A stretch of DNA of 64,000 nucleotides, taken from the IMG/VR virus record IMGVR_UViG_3300033144_003548. The stretch is one strand, 5' to 3'. Under the pieces are notes generated by a model. The model was not told the origin of the DNA. It saw only the letters and a list, made by a program, of their open reading frames with translations, and searched no databases. Shown piece by piece: positions 34,410 to 45,838 of the stretch (the stretch's first letter is position 1; each line of letters begins with the position of its first letter). This stretch comes from a virus. A program made the position numbers and the translations under genes.

Positions 34410-36628
34410 TAAAAAATTACCCCTCTAATAGATGGGATATATTTATAAGTTGCATCTACAGCAGTAAACGTTTCACCAGTGCAAGGAATTTTGTCACCAG
34501 AAGCTTTCACAGCTTGCTCATTACTTACAAATCCATAGTCAGCGGCTATCGTCCCCGTTGAAGCATAAACACCAATAAAATCACCAATTTGTATGTCTAT
34601 ATTAGCAGTTATTCGGTGGTAACCTGCACTAAGACTTCCAACAACCACATACGCTCGTGTCGAATATGTAGAACCACCAGCACTGTAGAAGGTAGCAATT
34701 TTAACATCTGTCATGTCATATTTGACATATACATCCACGTAATTTAGCTTCCCGCCCTTTGTTGCGGGGTAAGCTTTGTTAATTAAAGTATTAGCACAAC
34801 TTATTGCCGTATATCTATCCACTGGTGCTGAACCCACAACACCTATATTCTTACCTCTATCATAAACCTCAAGGAAGATTTGGTCACACCTGCATACACC
34901 AGAGGCAACGTCCCCAACAGCAGGAGCTTGTAAATCTATTCCAGCTATTAAAGCGTTAACTCCACTAATAGTCCAAGGTTCGCTAGTGTAAGGGTCTAAG
35001 CAACAAGCACCAAGAAGATAGGTCTCAGTATCACTAAATTCCAAACGTGGGGTGCTGTATTGACTGCCACCACTCTTTAAGAACTGTTGAGCTTCAGCAA
35101 GGTCACCACCTGTACATTTACGAAATACAGGTTTAGGAGTCCAGTCATGGCTGTGAACTATCACAGTTTGACCACCTTTCGCACCTATTGTACGCTGCCT
35201 TCTAACTTCTCCACCCGACCTCAAGTCATTACCTTGTGAGTTATATGGTATCACCTCATTATACGGCGTACCTGTAATTACATTCCATACCCCAAAAGGT
35301 CCTTGTGATGGGTAATCCCAAACCTCACAACACCAAAAACGACCATCCTGTGTTGCATCGTTAAACAAGAAATATCCACCATTAAGACCAGTTGCGGTGT
35401 GTTGCGTGTAGGTATCAGTAGCTATCTCATAACTCCAATATTTACTCTGAACAGCACTGGAAAACCATACTTTACCATTGGCTACATCAAAGTAAGCGGC
35501 TCGTCCACGTGCAGTAGACCCTGTACTATTGCTATATTCTGTCCATGTATCAGTTGAAATGGTGTACTTTAAAACTTTACTAACACCACCAACACCAGTA
35601 CAAACCGCCCAAATTGTATTACTATCTTCGAAGCAGATGGCTTCCACTTGCTGACCATAAGGAGCGGCAGATGATACACTTTCCCACGCATCAGTAGTCT
35701 TGTTATAGATGCGGATATGGTTTGATTGTCCCCAATAAATCTTGTTACCCCTGGTTACAAAAGCACAGTGTCCTGGGTAAAAGGAATACTTGTTCGCTTT
35801 CTTAGTATAAGTACCAGATATTAGATTATATTTGTAGAAATTAGCATCTTCACCACCAAGATAAACGTCATTGTTATCGTCAATAGTCGAGAAGAACGTA
35901 ACAACCCTGTTCCAACTGTAACCAAACGGTGCATCTGGACAAGTTACCCACTCGGAGATAGCTCCACCTGTAGCACCTATCCAAGATTTTAGTCTAACCT
36001 CGGCTACTCCGTTTAAAGCCCCTATAGGAACATTCTCCATGTTAAAGAAAGCATATCCAGAACCAAACACCATTCTTTGGATATACGTAGCATCCTTCAA
36101 ATGTACTCTATACCAAAGGTCTCCTGTTGGACTAGCAACAAGTCCAGAGTAAGCATAATCAGCTTCAGTTAAAAGAAGTAACCCACTAATAGATGGTGTT
36201 CTAACTTCGGCAAGATAATTACCTCCAAGAGCCACATCAGTTACAGGTTCATCCAACAATTCCATAACCGAATTACCCCAACTAATAGTCTTATATAATT
36301 TTTGGTCAGTACCAACTACTGCTACAGCCGAATCCATGTCCACATCTATTTGAGTAACGACACCTGATATTGACACACCTTGCTTATAAGTAAAAACTTC
36401 TCCAGATGCCCCTGAGAAAGTATAAAGAATACCATCAGCACCGATTACTGAATTCCGCTCATCCGCAATATCAAAACCAATATCCTCGGCAGAGCTTGGT
36501 ACTCCTGACATCGGATACCAAGTTGTACCGAAATCAGAGCTTCTAAAACCATACCCTCCTTCAAATATAGCTTGAATTTCGTCACCACGAACAAACATTC
36601 CTTTAAACTTATGTTGTGTCATTACCAA
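34409..36628 (-). CDS. tail tip / receptor-binding protein with beta-propeller repeats
   Basis: Asp-box SSDFGTTW; Kelch-like Y...TD.W repeats. Confidence 0.6.
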   Translation of the reverse strand: MVMTQHKFKGMFVRGDEIQAIFEGGYGFRSSDFGTTWYPMSGVPSSAEDIGFDIADERNSVIGADGILYTFSGASGEVFTYKQGVSISGVVTQIDVDMDSAVAVVGTDQKLYKTISWGNSVMELLDEPVTDVALGGNYLAEVRTPSISGLLLLTEADYAYSGLVASPTGDLWYRVHLKDATYIQRMVFGSGYAFFNMENVPIGALNGVAEVRLKSWIGATGGAISEWVTCPDAPFGYSWNRVVTFFSTIDDNNDVYLGGEDANFYKYNLISGTYTKKANKYSFYPGHCAFVTRGNKIYWGQSNHIRIYNKTTDAWESVSSAAPYGQQVEAICFEDSNTIWAVCTGVGGVSKVLKYTISTDTWTEYSNSTGSTARGRAAYFDVANGKVWFSSAVQSKYWSYEIATDTYTQHTATGLNGGYFLFNDATQDGRFWCCEVWDYPSQGPFGVWNVITGTPYNEVIPYNSQGNDLRSGGEVRRQRTIGAKGGQTVIVHSHDWTPKPVFRKCTGGDLAEAQQFLKSGGSQYSTPRLEFSDTETYLLGACCLDPYTSEPWTISGVNALIAGIDLQAPAVGDVASGVCRCDQIFLEVYDRGKNIGVVGSAPVDRYTAISCANTLINKAYPATKGGKLNYVDVYVKYDMTDVKIATFYSAGGSTYSTRAYVVVGSLSAGYHRITANIDIQIGDFIGVYASTGTIAADYGFVSNEQAVKASGDKIPCTGETFTAVDATYKYIPSIRGVIF

Positions 36629-37824
36629 TCACCACTCTTAGCTAATATCCAGTTTTCGCCACCATCCATTGTTGTGTAAATATCAGTTTCTGTCGCTACA
36701 ACCACTTTATTAGAGTTCATTTCGCTTCCTCTTATTTCGACTACTTTAACACCAAAAGCCTTCACCTTATCCCAAGTAGCGAAAGAGTCTGTAGTCTTAT
36801 ATACATCTCCACTATCAGTACCAAACCACGCAGTAGCTTCTTCGGGATAATCCAACAGATTCTTTATATAATCAATATAAACAGCAGTTATTGCCGAATC
36901 AACTTCAAATATCTTATTCCAAAAACCTCCACCGCTCCAAACATACCATAGACCTCCGATTGAAGTTCCAGCAATGGCAGATTTTGCTTTGACATCTGCT
37001 GTAACACAATTGACTACTCCAGAGGCAGGATATGGGGTGCTACCGCTAACAGTTGTGTATGGTTCACCAGGCTCTTCTTGGTCTTCTTCAGGGGGTATCA
37101 CTGAATAAGAAATTTTCAACCAAGGAGTAACATGATTATAATCCTCTGGATGGTTTGGAGGAAGATTGTTGCTCCAATATGTTGTCATAGCACCTTGGAA
37201 TGTGATTTCTAACAACTGATTAGTGTCTGATGGACGATGGTCATAGTCCCAACCAATCGGAGCTTTGTGTGTTAATTGTAACCTAATTCCCAACCAACCC
37301 CAACCACTTGCTATAACAGTTTGAATAGCAGTTGTTATATCTAAACCATCCATCCAGTAAGGTCCATAGGTATTATAATCAGTCTGTATGCCTGCAACAG
37401 TATCAAATGTACCAATCTCTGTCCACCCTGCTGACCCTTCATCATCCTCATCAAGTGTCGCCCAAGGAAAATCGTTTGCATTATACGAACTCTTATAATA
37501 AGCTTTAAGAGACATTTGCGTAGTGTCAGGAACTTGGACATTAAGAATCGACCCCACCATAACGTATAAAGTAGCACTATCAAGAGTCACTCCACTCAAA
37601 GTTGGTACTTGTAACTTAAAATAAGAATGACTATAATAAGACTCGTAGTGGTCTGAAATAACGTCCAAAGGGAATGACCACTCTTTCACGCATTCAAATC
37701 CCGCATAGTAGAATTGGTTCTCTAAGCGAGTTTCATCAACGCTACCATCAGAGTTCTTTGATATTATTCGACCACCTGCAAGATTATTTCTTGGGGGGTC
37801 AATCCACCAATCACTTGTTGCCAT
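36622..37824 (-). CDS. tail tip protein with Asp-box repeats
   Basis: TTDSFATW, TMDGGENW. Confidence 0.55.
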   Translation of the reverse strand: MATSDWWIDPPRNNLAGGRIISKNSDGSVDETRLENQFYYAGFECVKEWSFPLDVISDHYESYYSHSYFKLQVPTLSGVTLDSATLYVMVGSILNVQVPDTTQMSLKAYYKSSYNANDFPWATLDEDDEGSAGWTEIGTFDTVAGIQTDYNTYGPYWMDGLDITTAIQTVIASGWGWLGIRLQLTHKAPIGWDYDHRPSDTNQLLEITFQGAMTTYWSNNLPPNHPEDYNHVTPWLKISYSVIPPEEDQEEPGEPYTTVSGSTPYPASGVVNCVTADVKAKSAIAGTSIGGLWYVWSGGGFWNKIFEVDSAITAVYIDYIKNLLDYPEEATAWFGTDSGDVYKTTDSFATWDKVKAFGVKVVEIRGSEMNSNKVVVATETDIYTTMDGGENWILAKSGDW

Positions 37825-37833
37825 TATAAACCT

Positions 37834-39450
37834 CTAATACAAATGCCGTTCTACCCATGTCATACCACCATCATCCGTAGTCCAAACAGAACTACCAGAA
37901 GCGACATAAATTGTCTTCCACTCCATTTGTTGCCCAAATTCTATTGGAATTACTCTCGTTAGAGAATGACTTAATGGTGGGTCTCCCTTATCAGTAACCG
38001 TTAAAGTTACTGGTAAACTAAAAATACCACCAGATACCACATAGGAATTTGCTATGCCAGTCGCATTATCATACCCCGAACAAACCCATAAATAAGATAA
38101 GTCTTCTACAGGACCATTTGGGTCATAAGATGCCGCAGCATTTACGTAAACTTCACCCACAAACGAACCATCAGACAAAACTTCGGTTTCTATCCTATAA
38201 TCAAACAATGCTACAGGAGAGACATTTTCTATTGGTGGTGAACCAGGAACTTCTGCTCCTGCTCCTCCAACAAGGTTCAATATCATAGTCCACTCACCCG
38301 CAGCAAATCTGCTAGAATAATCATATAAAACATAACTAACATTCACCGCAGTTGCATAAGGGTCATATATACCTATCGTCTGTCCAATTCCGATTCTAGG
38401 GTCACCTTCTATAGTAGCAGTAGCAGTATGTCTCAACCTATTCAAATCACTGTAGACTCTCTGAGCTACAGTTGTAACCAATTCCTGCGTATCGAGCAAG
38501 TAAGACCTAATCTCTGTCCGCCTATACCTTGGTGGGTTAGGAACATACTCCGATTCACCTGCAACAGTAGATATTAAATCTCCATAACCAATTACAGTCA
38601 CCCAATTTCTCAAATCATCGTCTGTCCTACTTTCTACACTAATTAAATTACCTGGAGTAACTACTGTAAACTTTTCACTGTCGTAAGTTTCCTTTTGACT
38701 TCTATAGTACACTGATGCCGTTTCACCAGCAATCATCCTAACTTCCTTGCACTGGACTTGACCTACGGGGTCTGCCCAAATACGGTAACCAATCAAGTCA
38801 CAAATTCTGTTAATAGCTTCCATCGCAGATTCATAAACAAATACTGCTACAGCATTATTACCAATGACTATTGCTCCAGAAGCAGGATAATCCACAAAAT
38901 CTAGTTGTTGCCTACTTTCTGGTATCCCACTTTCAGTTAATAATGTACTTATAATCTTTTTTGCCGTTCTGTCAGCAGGTGCTTGCCCACCCATTGGGTT
39001 ACCATATTGGTCTAATTCATCATCAACCAAATCTTTGAAATAGACTTTCCTATTAGTTTGAGTTAAGTAGTTATCTTGGGCAAGCTTCAACATGTCACGA
39101 CATTCTAATCTTTGAAGCTGTGGTGGGTTAGTAAACTCAGCTTGGTCAACAAAGCCAAAGAAGGTTGTCCGAAGGGTTGATGTTTTATTCCAACCTTGTT
39201 CAACTTTGACTCTATCCATTGGTTCAAATCGAACAGGGTCGCCATTTAAATCAAGTGGAGTCTTAATTACCAAAGTACAAGTAGAGCTACCTTGGTCAAA
39301 CCCATAGTTTATATCACAGCTTATAACTTCGGGGTAATAGTTGTGCCCCTCAGCATCAACACCAGGAATATCATCTTCAAGAAACCTAGTGAGAGTTACC
39401 CTAATTAAAGGTGTTTTTACTCTTTTAGCATACTCCTCAGCAATACCCAT
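37834..39450 (-). CDS. baseplate hub/Tal-like protein with PKD domain
   Basis: FFGFVD, LECRDM, GDPRI.IG; PKD motifs A..SYDP.G...SY.W and VTLTVTD. Confidence 0.7.
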   Translation of the reverse strand: MGIAEEYAKRVKTPLIRVTLTRFLEDDIPGVDAEGHNYYPEVISCDINYGFDQGSSTCTLVIKTPLDLNGDPVRFEPMDRVKVEQGWNKTSTLRTTFFGFVDQAEFTNPPQLQRLECRDMLKLAQDNYLTQTNRKVYFKDLVDDELDQYGNPMGGQAPADRTAKKIISTLLTESGIPESRQQLDFVDYPASGAIVIGNNAVAVFVYESAMEAINRICDLIGYRIWADPVGQVQCKEVRMIAGETASVYYRSQKETYDSEKFTVVTPGNLISVESRTDDDLRNWVTVIGYGDLISTVAGESEYVPNPPRYRRTEIRSYLLDTQELVTTVAQRVYSDLNRLRHTATATIEGDPRIGIGQTIGIYDPYATAVNVSYVLYDYSSRFAAGEWTMILNLVGGAGAEVPGSPPIENVSPVALFDYRIETEVLSDGSFVGEVYVNAAASYDPNGPVEDLSYLWVCSGYDNATGIANSYVVSGGIFSLPVTLTVTDKGDPPLSHSLTRVIPIEFGQQMEWKTIYVASGSSVWTTDDGGMTWVERHLY

Positions 39451-39451
39451 A

Positions 39452-39859
39452 TTAACCCATCCTAATAAGTGTCATTTCAACATCATATGTATCTTCACCA
39501 GAACTAGGGAAAGTGCCAATAGTAGGTCGAACTGCGGCAACAAAAGCAGCCACAAAACAACCAAATTGGGGGGTTGTTGGATATAAATGGTCTCTGCAAT
39601 TATTAACTATCTGCTTGCGTAAAAAGAAATTCTGTAACGTTCGCATCATTGTACCAGTAACCGCAGTAAAACGCAGAGTTCTCCTCGCACCTCTAAAACC
39701 ATCAACCTGAATAGAAGGCACACTTGCTCCAATAACATCTAATTCAGTCATTCGGGGTTCATATCGCCAATAACTGTCCCCACCATAACGGTCTGGATTC
39801 CTTGGGAACGTGTAGTCATATGTTCCACCAATGTCAAATCTCCATCTAGTTACTTCCAT
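39452..39859 (-). CDS. distal tail protein-like
   Basis: Position after the tape measure; Y.F..NP motif. Confidence 0.5.
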   Translation of the reverse strand: MEVTRWRFDIGGTYDYTFPRNPDRYGGDSYWRYEPRMTELDVIGASVPSIQVDGFRGARRTLRFTAVTGTMMRTLQNFFLRKQIVNNCRDHLYPTTPQFGCFVAAFVAAVRPTIGTFPSSGEDTYDVEMTLIRMG

Positions 39860-39860
39860 T

Positions 39861-42800
39861 TTATCTCCTCACGCTTACACCAAGTGAACTAACACCACTG
39901 TAATTTGACCTAGCAACTCTAGCAAATTCCTCTCCATCCCCTTCACCTCTCTTTTTAGTAAATAATTCCCTAAGACTAGCAATTTCTTGTTTTAATCCCA
40001 CAATACCAAGATTAATACTTGACAAATACTGCTGTGATGCCGCAAGAACCCTATATGAATTGTTCAAGATTGAATTAGTTCCTGCTAGGGTATCGCCTGA
40101 CATAACAACCTCTCTTCTATGTAGGAAGTAAGGTCCAGCCTCTTTAATTGTGCCACCACCCTGCATACCTCTGTTCTTTGCCAAAAACTCCATCCAAAGT
40201 TCCCACAAACTTCCCTGAGCAGGACCGAACTCGGTTGCTTCTGTAGTCTTCATAGCCCAATACCTGCTAGGTCTTGTATACCAACCAGGTAAGTTATACT
40301 CAGCTTCAAGAGCCTCAGCAGTATTCTTTTCAATATTCCTCAATTCGACAAGCATAGCTTGCCATACTTCAGGACGTGCTTCAAATGTTTCGTAAAATCC
40401 TCTGACCACACCTTCCTCATCCCTAATAAATGCGTGATAAATTTCCTTCTGAGAGTCAAGATACCTACCAAACATTGTCTCATAACGAGTTAATAAATCC
40501 TGAATTCTACCAAGTCCAGCACCACCTGCCTCAAAGAACTCTAAACGACCTGGTTCAACATATTGACTCATATATTTTAGTCGTTCTTCGCCAACAGCTA
40601 AAGCAGTATTATATTGGTTCTGGAAGTTAACTAAATCTTGAGTAGCTTCTTTGCCATCAGCAAGAGTTTGTACAATCTTATTGAGAATGTTCAAAGCTTC
40701 ATCAGCAGCCAACGTGGCATCCTCTGTAGTCACACCCCAAGCTTCGTAGAAGGGTTCTAAGGAAGCAGCACCTGCTGCTACCGCTTTCTGTATATCAGAC
40801 CAATATTTCCATTGATCAGTAATATTCTGAAGAGTAGCTTCAGTTCCACCCAACTCTGCCTTCAAGAGTTTTGTTGCTGCTGCTCTAGTTTTCTCAGCAT
40901 CAGCTATCTTTTGTTCCATACTTACGGCTGTGCTTAAAGCTTCAACAAGAGGACCGTAAGCTTCGGGTGCTAATTCAACAAAATCTTCATAGCTTGGATA
41001 TAGTGCCCTAAACTGTTCAGCCAAATCAGGTAAATATCTCTCAAGCTGTGCCACCATTCTTGAATACGTAATAGGAGCAGATGATGCCAAGCTAAGAAGC
41101 TCTTCTCTCTCATCAGACGTTAGTTCAAGAGTCCTCTCCTTGATCTCTTCTATACGCTTTTCCGCAGCTTCTTGTAAACCAAGCTCTTTTCTTACCTCTT
41201 CAGCCCTCAAAGCAAGTTCGTCATAAACAGTTAGTTGGGTTTCAGCCGCCTCAGTAGCTTTCCTCTGAGCTTCTTCCATTCGAGGAATCATTTCACGCTG
41301 AACTTCCATTTGAGGCTCTTGGAATAGACTTGCCCACCAACGAGCTATAGCAGCACCTTGTATAGCTTCCCCCATACCAGGACCGTAACCATACTCACCC
41401 ATCATCACATCTTCCAATCCTTTGATATACTCCTCACGTCTGCTCAAAAGATCCTTCTCTTGCTGAATAACCTTGTCATACATATCCTCTTGATCCTTCA
41501 TCAAATCCTCAAGAGGAATGATAACAGTATCACTCAAATCAAGTTGTTCCCTCATTCTACCAAGAGACGAAGCGATTTCGTCAGGTAGATCTTTCATCCA
41601 CTTCTCCCTCTCCCTAGCAACTCTTTCTTCAAAGGACATAGAAGCTTGTTCAATAAGTTTAGCTATACCGCCACCAATCACAGAGCCGATAGCTAGACCA
41701 GCAGGACCTAAGAAGAAACCACCTACGGCAGCCCCAAGAGCACCGCCAATACCTGACCAATCAGAATCATATAACTCACGCATAATCATCCCGCCAGCAG
41801 CAGTACCGAATGCCAAGCCAAGTCCACGCATAGGTGTTAATAGAGTTCTCTGTAATTGAGTACCAAGGTTACTCCAAGCAGTTCTGGCAACCTCTCCTCT
41901 AGTTAAAGTAGTAGCCATCATTGGCAAGAATTGACCACCCCTGTAGAACTGACCAGTTGGAGCAGTCCATCCACCAACAGGAGCTTGGAACTGCCCCCTC
42001 GCTGTTATGGCTGCTGCTCCTAACCCTGCGGGTCTTACAACTTGCCCAACACCAGGAGCAACACCTGCTAAGGCAGTCAAGTTTCTAAGACCACCAAGGG
42101 GTCTAGCCAGAGTAACCAACCAACCAATCAAGTTAAGTTTGGTTATAGCTACCGCAGCTAATTTCAGAGCAACAAAGGCAACCGCCAGTTCAGCAACAAG
42201 TTTGATAGTCTTGCCAAGAGGTTCATTCAAATCAGCGAACCAAGAGAACACACCTGCTAATCTTTGGAAGTGCTCAGTCAGGTCAGAAATAATACCAGAC
42301 TTATCACCAAGAGCGTACCAGAATTTGTTCTGTGCAGCAGTAAATTGATCCCAAGCATTTGTCAAAGTATTAACAATTCTCTCGTTAGCATTAAGAGCTT
42401 CACCGTGTGCCCCTGCTGATGTATTAGCTGCCCTGATAGCATTAGTCCAGTTTTTAAGCAAAGCCACGAACTGAGCATACCTTCTCTGACCAGCACCAGC
42501 AGCCTTAGCAATTTGTAGGATTTGATCTTCGTCCAAAGCACCAGTTACTACCATAGAAGATAGCTCATTCATAATGTCCCAAAATGACCTAAACTCACCA
42601 GTCGCATCTCTAACAGCAACACCGAATCTACGCATAGTTGCGATAGAACCAGGGTTATACAAAGTAGCCATCAAAGCTCTGATAGCATTACCAACTTCAA
42701 CAGGACCCAAGGTAACAGCTTCACTTAGGGCTGTGATAATACCATTAACCTGGTCAACATTCAAGCCTGCTGATGCAGCAGCACTTGACATAATAGCAAA

Positions 42801-43532
42801 ACCTTGCGATAGATCATTAACAGACACGGCAGCGTTCTTAGCTACAGCCACCCACTTGTCAAGCAATACAATACCTTGATCGAGTTCCATACCAGTCTGT
42901 CTCAAAGAACCAACCAAAATATCAATAGCTTGATCGAATTGCATACCAGCTACGTTACCAAGGATAGCAGCGTCTCTCAACATCAACTGTGCTGTTGCAG
43001 TTCTTTGAGCTTGGTCTTCATATTGAGCAGTAGCTCTCAAAGCCAGATCCATACCTCTTAGAGTTTGCTCAATAGGCATACCCATACGGATAGCAACATC
43101 AGCAGTTAAGTCAAAGAATTTGTATAGACTAGCACCAAACGTTGAAGTTGTGATACCAATTCTCTCCAGCGTAACTTCTAAGTCTTTCCAAAGCTGGAGA
43201 ACTTCTTGCATCTTACGAACTGTACCAATAACAAGCGTAGTTGCTGCTATCCACAACCCAACCTTCAAAACAGCGTTAGCAATGGCTTCACCAACGCCCT
43301 GAAAGCTCAGGTCTTGGACGTGCAGAGTTCTGCTTAAACTCTGAGAACCTCTTTTGGCACGATCTATCTCATCAGTGAATCTGCTTAGTTGCTGGTTATA
43401 CTTATCAGCACTCAAAGCACCCGCAGCATACTCACGATGTAAACCAGCCACAGCCTGTTGTGCTGCCCTGATTTCTTTAGCTTGTAAATATTTTGATTCT
43501 TCGGCTAGTAACCACTCTTTAAACCCTGGCAT
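39861..43532 (-). CDS. tail tape measure protein
   Basis: 1223 aa, helical and Ala-rich; TP901-type core (DL..GF......A..AG......G, VGNAIR); follows the chaperones. Confidence 0.9.
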   Translation of the reverse strand: MPGFKEWLLAEESKYLQAKEIRAAQQAVAGLHREYAAGALSADKYNQQLSRFTDEIDRAKRGSQSLSRTLHVQDLSFQGVGEAIANAVLKVGLWIAATTLVIGTVRKMQEVLQLWKDLEVTLERIGITTSTFGASLYKFFDLTADVAIRMGMPIEQTLRGMDLALRATAQYEDQAQRTATAQLMLRDAAILGNVAGMQFDQAIDILVGSLRQTGMELDQGIVLLDKWVAVAKNAAVSVNDLSQGFAIMSSAAASAGLNVDQVNGIITALSEAVTLGPVEVGNAIRALMATLYNPGSIATMRRFGVAVRDATGEFRSFWDIMNELSSMVVTGALDEDQILQIAKAAGAGQRRYAQFVALLKNWTNAIRAANTSAGAHGEALNANERIVNTLTNAWDQFTAAQNKFWYALGDKSGIISDLTEHFQRLAGVFSWFADLNEPLGKTIKLVAELAVAFVALKLAAVAITKLNLIGWLVTLARPLGGLRNLTALAGVAPGVGQVVRPAGLGAAAITARGQFQAPVGGWTAPTGQFYRGGQFLPMMATTLTRGEVARTAWSNLGTQLQRTLLTPMRGLGLAFGTAAGGMIMRELYDSDWSGIGGALGAAVGGFFLGPAGLAIGSVIGGGIAKLIEQASMSFEERVAREREKWMKDLPDEIASSLGRMREQLDLSDTVIIPLEDLMKDQEDMYDKVIQQEKDLLSRREEYIKGLEDVMMGEYGYGPGMGEAIQGAAIARWWASLFQEPQMEVQREMIPRMEEAQRKATEAAETQLTVYDELALRAEEVRKELGLQEAAEKRIEEIKERTLELTSDEREELLSLASSAPITYSRMVAQLERYLPDLAEQFRALYPSYEDFVELAPEAYGPLVEALSTAVSMEQKIADAEKTRAAATKLLKAELGGTEATLQNITDQWKYWSDIQKAVAAGAASLEPFYEAWGVTTEDATLAADEALNILNKIVQTLADGKEATQDLVNFQNQYNTALAVGEERLKYMSQYVEPGRLEFFEAGGAGLGRIQDLLTRYETMFGRYLDSQKEIYHAFIRDEEGVVRGFYETFEARPEVWQAMLVELRNIEKNTAEALEAEYNLPGWYTRPSRYWAMKTTEATEFGPAQGSLWELWMEFLAKNRGMQGGGTIKEAGPYFLHRREVVMSGDTLAGTNSILNNSYRVLAASQQYLSSINLGIVGLKQEIASLRELFTKKRGEGDGEEFARVARSNYSGVSSLGVSVRR

Positions 43533-43804
43533 TATTGTTCTACCTCATTCTCATCCCAAGCCATATTGAACTCAGTTTGAGCATTATCTCCATAAACTCT
43601 CTCAAACCACTCCTCAAGCTCCTTAGCATCGTCCCAAATTGACTCTGGAGGACGCTTCTCCTTTGGTAGTTCCATCCAGCTATCAATTTGCATCCTCTTC
43701 CTTATTAAATACGAAAAAGTGTAAGGAAGAACATTTACATCCTCAAACAGTTCATCAAACTTGATTTTGCTGTTCTGGACAACGTGCCACATACCAGCAA
43801 ACAC
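43532..43804 (-). CDS. tail assembly chaperone, frameshift extension (gpT-like)
   Basis: In the -1 frame of the upstream chaperone; ELPKEKRPP..IW. Confidence 0.75.
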   Translation of the reverse strand: MFAGMWHVVQNSKIKFDELFEDVNVLPYTFSYLIRKRMQIDSWMELPKEKRPPESIWDDAKELEEWFERVYGDNAQTEFNMAWDENEVEQ

Positions 43805-43815
43805 GTTGTCCCTAC

Positions 43816-44517
43816 TTAGTTTTTTAATTGTTCACCTGTTAATTCTAACTTGAGATAAGCATCTGTCAGTTGTCTTTTCAGATTAGGTGAAGCATTCCTA
43901 AACTCATCAAAATCAGTAAAAACCCTATCCTTGAACTTTGGATCGCTATATGTTCCAGCAAAAATACAATAATCTCTAAAAGCCGTGCCGAACTCTTCTA
44001 AACATCTGTAATTGATGGAAGAATCAACAAAAATCTTTCTAATCTCTTCAATAGGAAGCTTCTCTAATTCAGCTTTACGTTCATTAGATTTCTCCTCCAT
44101 CTTCCCTCTTAATTTGTCAGCTTTCTCTTTAGCAGCCTCTTCCTCAGCTTCTTGCTGTTTCTCTCTATCTTCAAGTGTAGGATTATCAGGTAATTTTATA
44201 TCAAAGACAGAATCACCTAAATCCGCAACCGCAGCATCCCTAAAATTAGCCATTTCCGCAAGTAGGATGCCAAATATCAAATCTTGCTTTTCTCTTTCTT
44301 CCAGATCCAAGAACAGCGATTGATGGTCAATACTTTCTTTATCTCTTAGACGCTTTCTAAGTTTTCTACTTGCTAATAGACCATACTGTTGAGCTTGATT
44401 ATAGTCAAGATCGCCGACCAACCTGACATACATTGTCTCGGTTGTGTTACCCTCTCTATCTTTTATTTCTACTTTTGTGTTCCACTTAAATAGGTTTGCT
44501 AAATCCTTAGTTGCCAT
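43816..44517 (-). CDS. tail assembly chaperone (gpG-like)
   Basis: Between tail tube and tape measure; ends LKN* on slippery AAAAAAC. Confidence 0.75.
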   Translation of the reverse strand: MATKDLANLFKWNTKVEIKDREGNTTETMYVRLVGDLDYNQAQQYGLLASRKLRKRLRDKESIDHQSLFLDLEEREKQDLIFGILLAEMANFRDAAVADLGDSVFDIKLPDNPTLEDREKQQEAEEEAAKEKADKLRGKMEEKSNERKAELEKLPIEEIRKIFVDSSINYRCLEEFGTAFRDYCIFAGTYSDPKFKDRVFTDFDEFRNASPNLKRQLTDAYLKLELTGEQLKN

Positions 44518-44558
44518 TTTCTTACTCTCCTTCCCTCTTTCTTTTTTCCTCTTCAAAA

Positions 44559-44608
44559 TAAAAAGGGGAGTCCAACACAAGAAAAATATCTTGCTTAAAG
44601 ACTCCCCT
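44559..44608 (-). terminator. probable intrinsic terminator after the major tail gene
   Basis: AGGGGAGTC/GACTCCCCT stem followed by a T-run on the minus strand. Confidence 0.6.
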
Positions 44609-44668
44609 AATAAATCGTTGTACGATTTCCCTTACTATCTTATGTAAGCAATTGAACCTTATTCTATT

Positions 44669-45838
44669 TTATGCTACCGCACCGCTATATACAACGCACT
44701 GAGCATCATCAGACATAAATGAGAATGTAGCTGTCAATTGACCACCAACATTTGAAGTTGTACCATCTGACGTAATTCTCATCTTAGGAACTCTGATTGT
44801 CTTCAATACTGTAGCGTTATCTGCGGGATCTTTGATAATAACGTCTAGTTGAAGTGTTCTCTCCTCATATTCGTTTACACCAAACTCACCATAACCATCC
44901 GCATCGTTAATGCTGCCAGTAGTTAGTAATGACACAATCTCGTTGTCGGTATCCATAACTGTAATATCACCTGTTATATCGGGTGGGTCAACAACGTAAC
45001 CAACAACCGAGGTATTACCCATTTCCATAATTTTAGTGTTAGGGAACGTACCTCTGATCGTAACACTCTGAACCCTGTACATATGATTTGCACCAATCTC
45101 AACAGGAATATTCTTACCACGAATAGCAGCAGGAACTGTAGCATCTGAAATATTGCTCCAAGTAAGCACACCACTCTGAGTGTGATACACAGCAAGAGCC
45201 ATTTCAGTTGTCGCACCACTGACTGTAACTGTTTGACCAGAAACACTGTAACCAGTTCCCTCTTCTAACCAGTCACCATCAACAATCATACTGATAAGCT
45301 TATTACCATTCTTCAGTGCGTTTGGTGCATAGGTTAGAGATAGTTGACCAGCAACAAGGTTACCTGAATCAACAACCACATCATTCGCAAAATATCTCTT
45401 CTCACTTCCAGCCAGACTGTACTCTTCCGTACTTTCACCATCTACTGAGTAGGTTAATGTGAAATCAGTAACTCTCATATATTTTGCGTGAATGCACTTC
45501 AAATGCTCATTAACATCAGCTTCTTTGACATATGCAATCATATCGCAGAATTTAAGCATATTAACATCTACACCACCAGCAGGGAAAGAATCTGGATCAT
45601 AACCAGTCATAAATGAAAATATCTTGTGAGATACATCAAAAGCTTGGAATGTAGCAGTCACCTCTGGAACATCTGTTACGATACCTGCGTGACCTGGATT
45701 ACCAAGCTCGTTAATCGTAGTGCTAGGTAAGTTTGCAGGTATATCCAACCTTTGTACACGGTGAGCAAAGAAATCACCAGAAGGTCCAACAATTCTTAAT
45801 TTAGTATCTTTATAAGGCACAGCCACTCTTTTAGTCAT
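44669..45838 (-). CDS. major tail tube protein
   Basis: Two tube-like halves (RVQ.....ELGN / RVQSV....EMGN); synteny. Confidence 0.7.
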   Translation of the reverse strand: MTKRVAVPYKDTKLRIVGPSGDFFAHRVQRLDIPANLPSTTINELGNPGHAGIVTDVPEVTATFQAFDVSHKIFSFMTGYDPDSFPAGGVDVNMLKFCDMIAYVKEADVNEHLKCIHAKYMRVTDFTLTYSVDGESTEEYSLAGSEKRYFANDVVVDSGNLVAGQLSLTYAPNALKNGNKLISMIVDGDWLEEGTGYSVSGQTVTVSGATTEMALAVYHTQSGVLTWSNISDATVPAAIRGKNIPVEIGANHMYRVQSVTIRGTFPNTKIMEMGNTSVVGYVVDPPDITGDITVMDTDNEIVSLLTTGSINDADGYGEFGVNEYEERTLQLDVIIKDPADNATVLKTIRVPKMRITSDGTTSNVGGQLTATFSFMSDDAQCVVYSGAVA

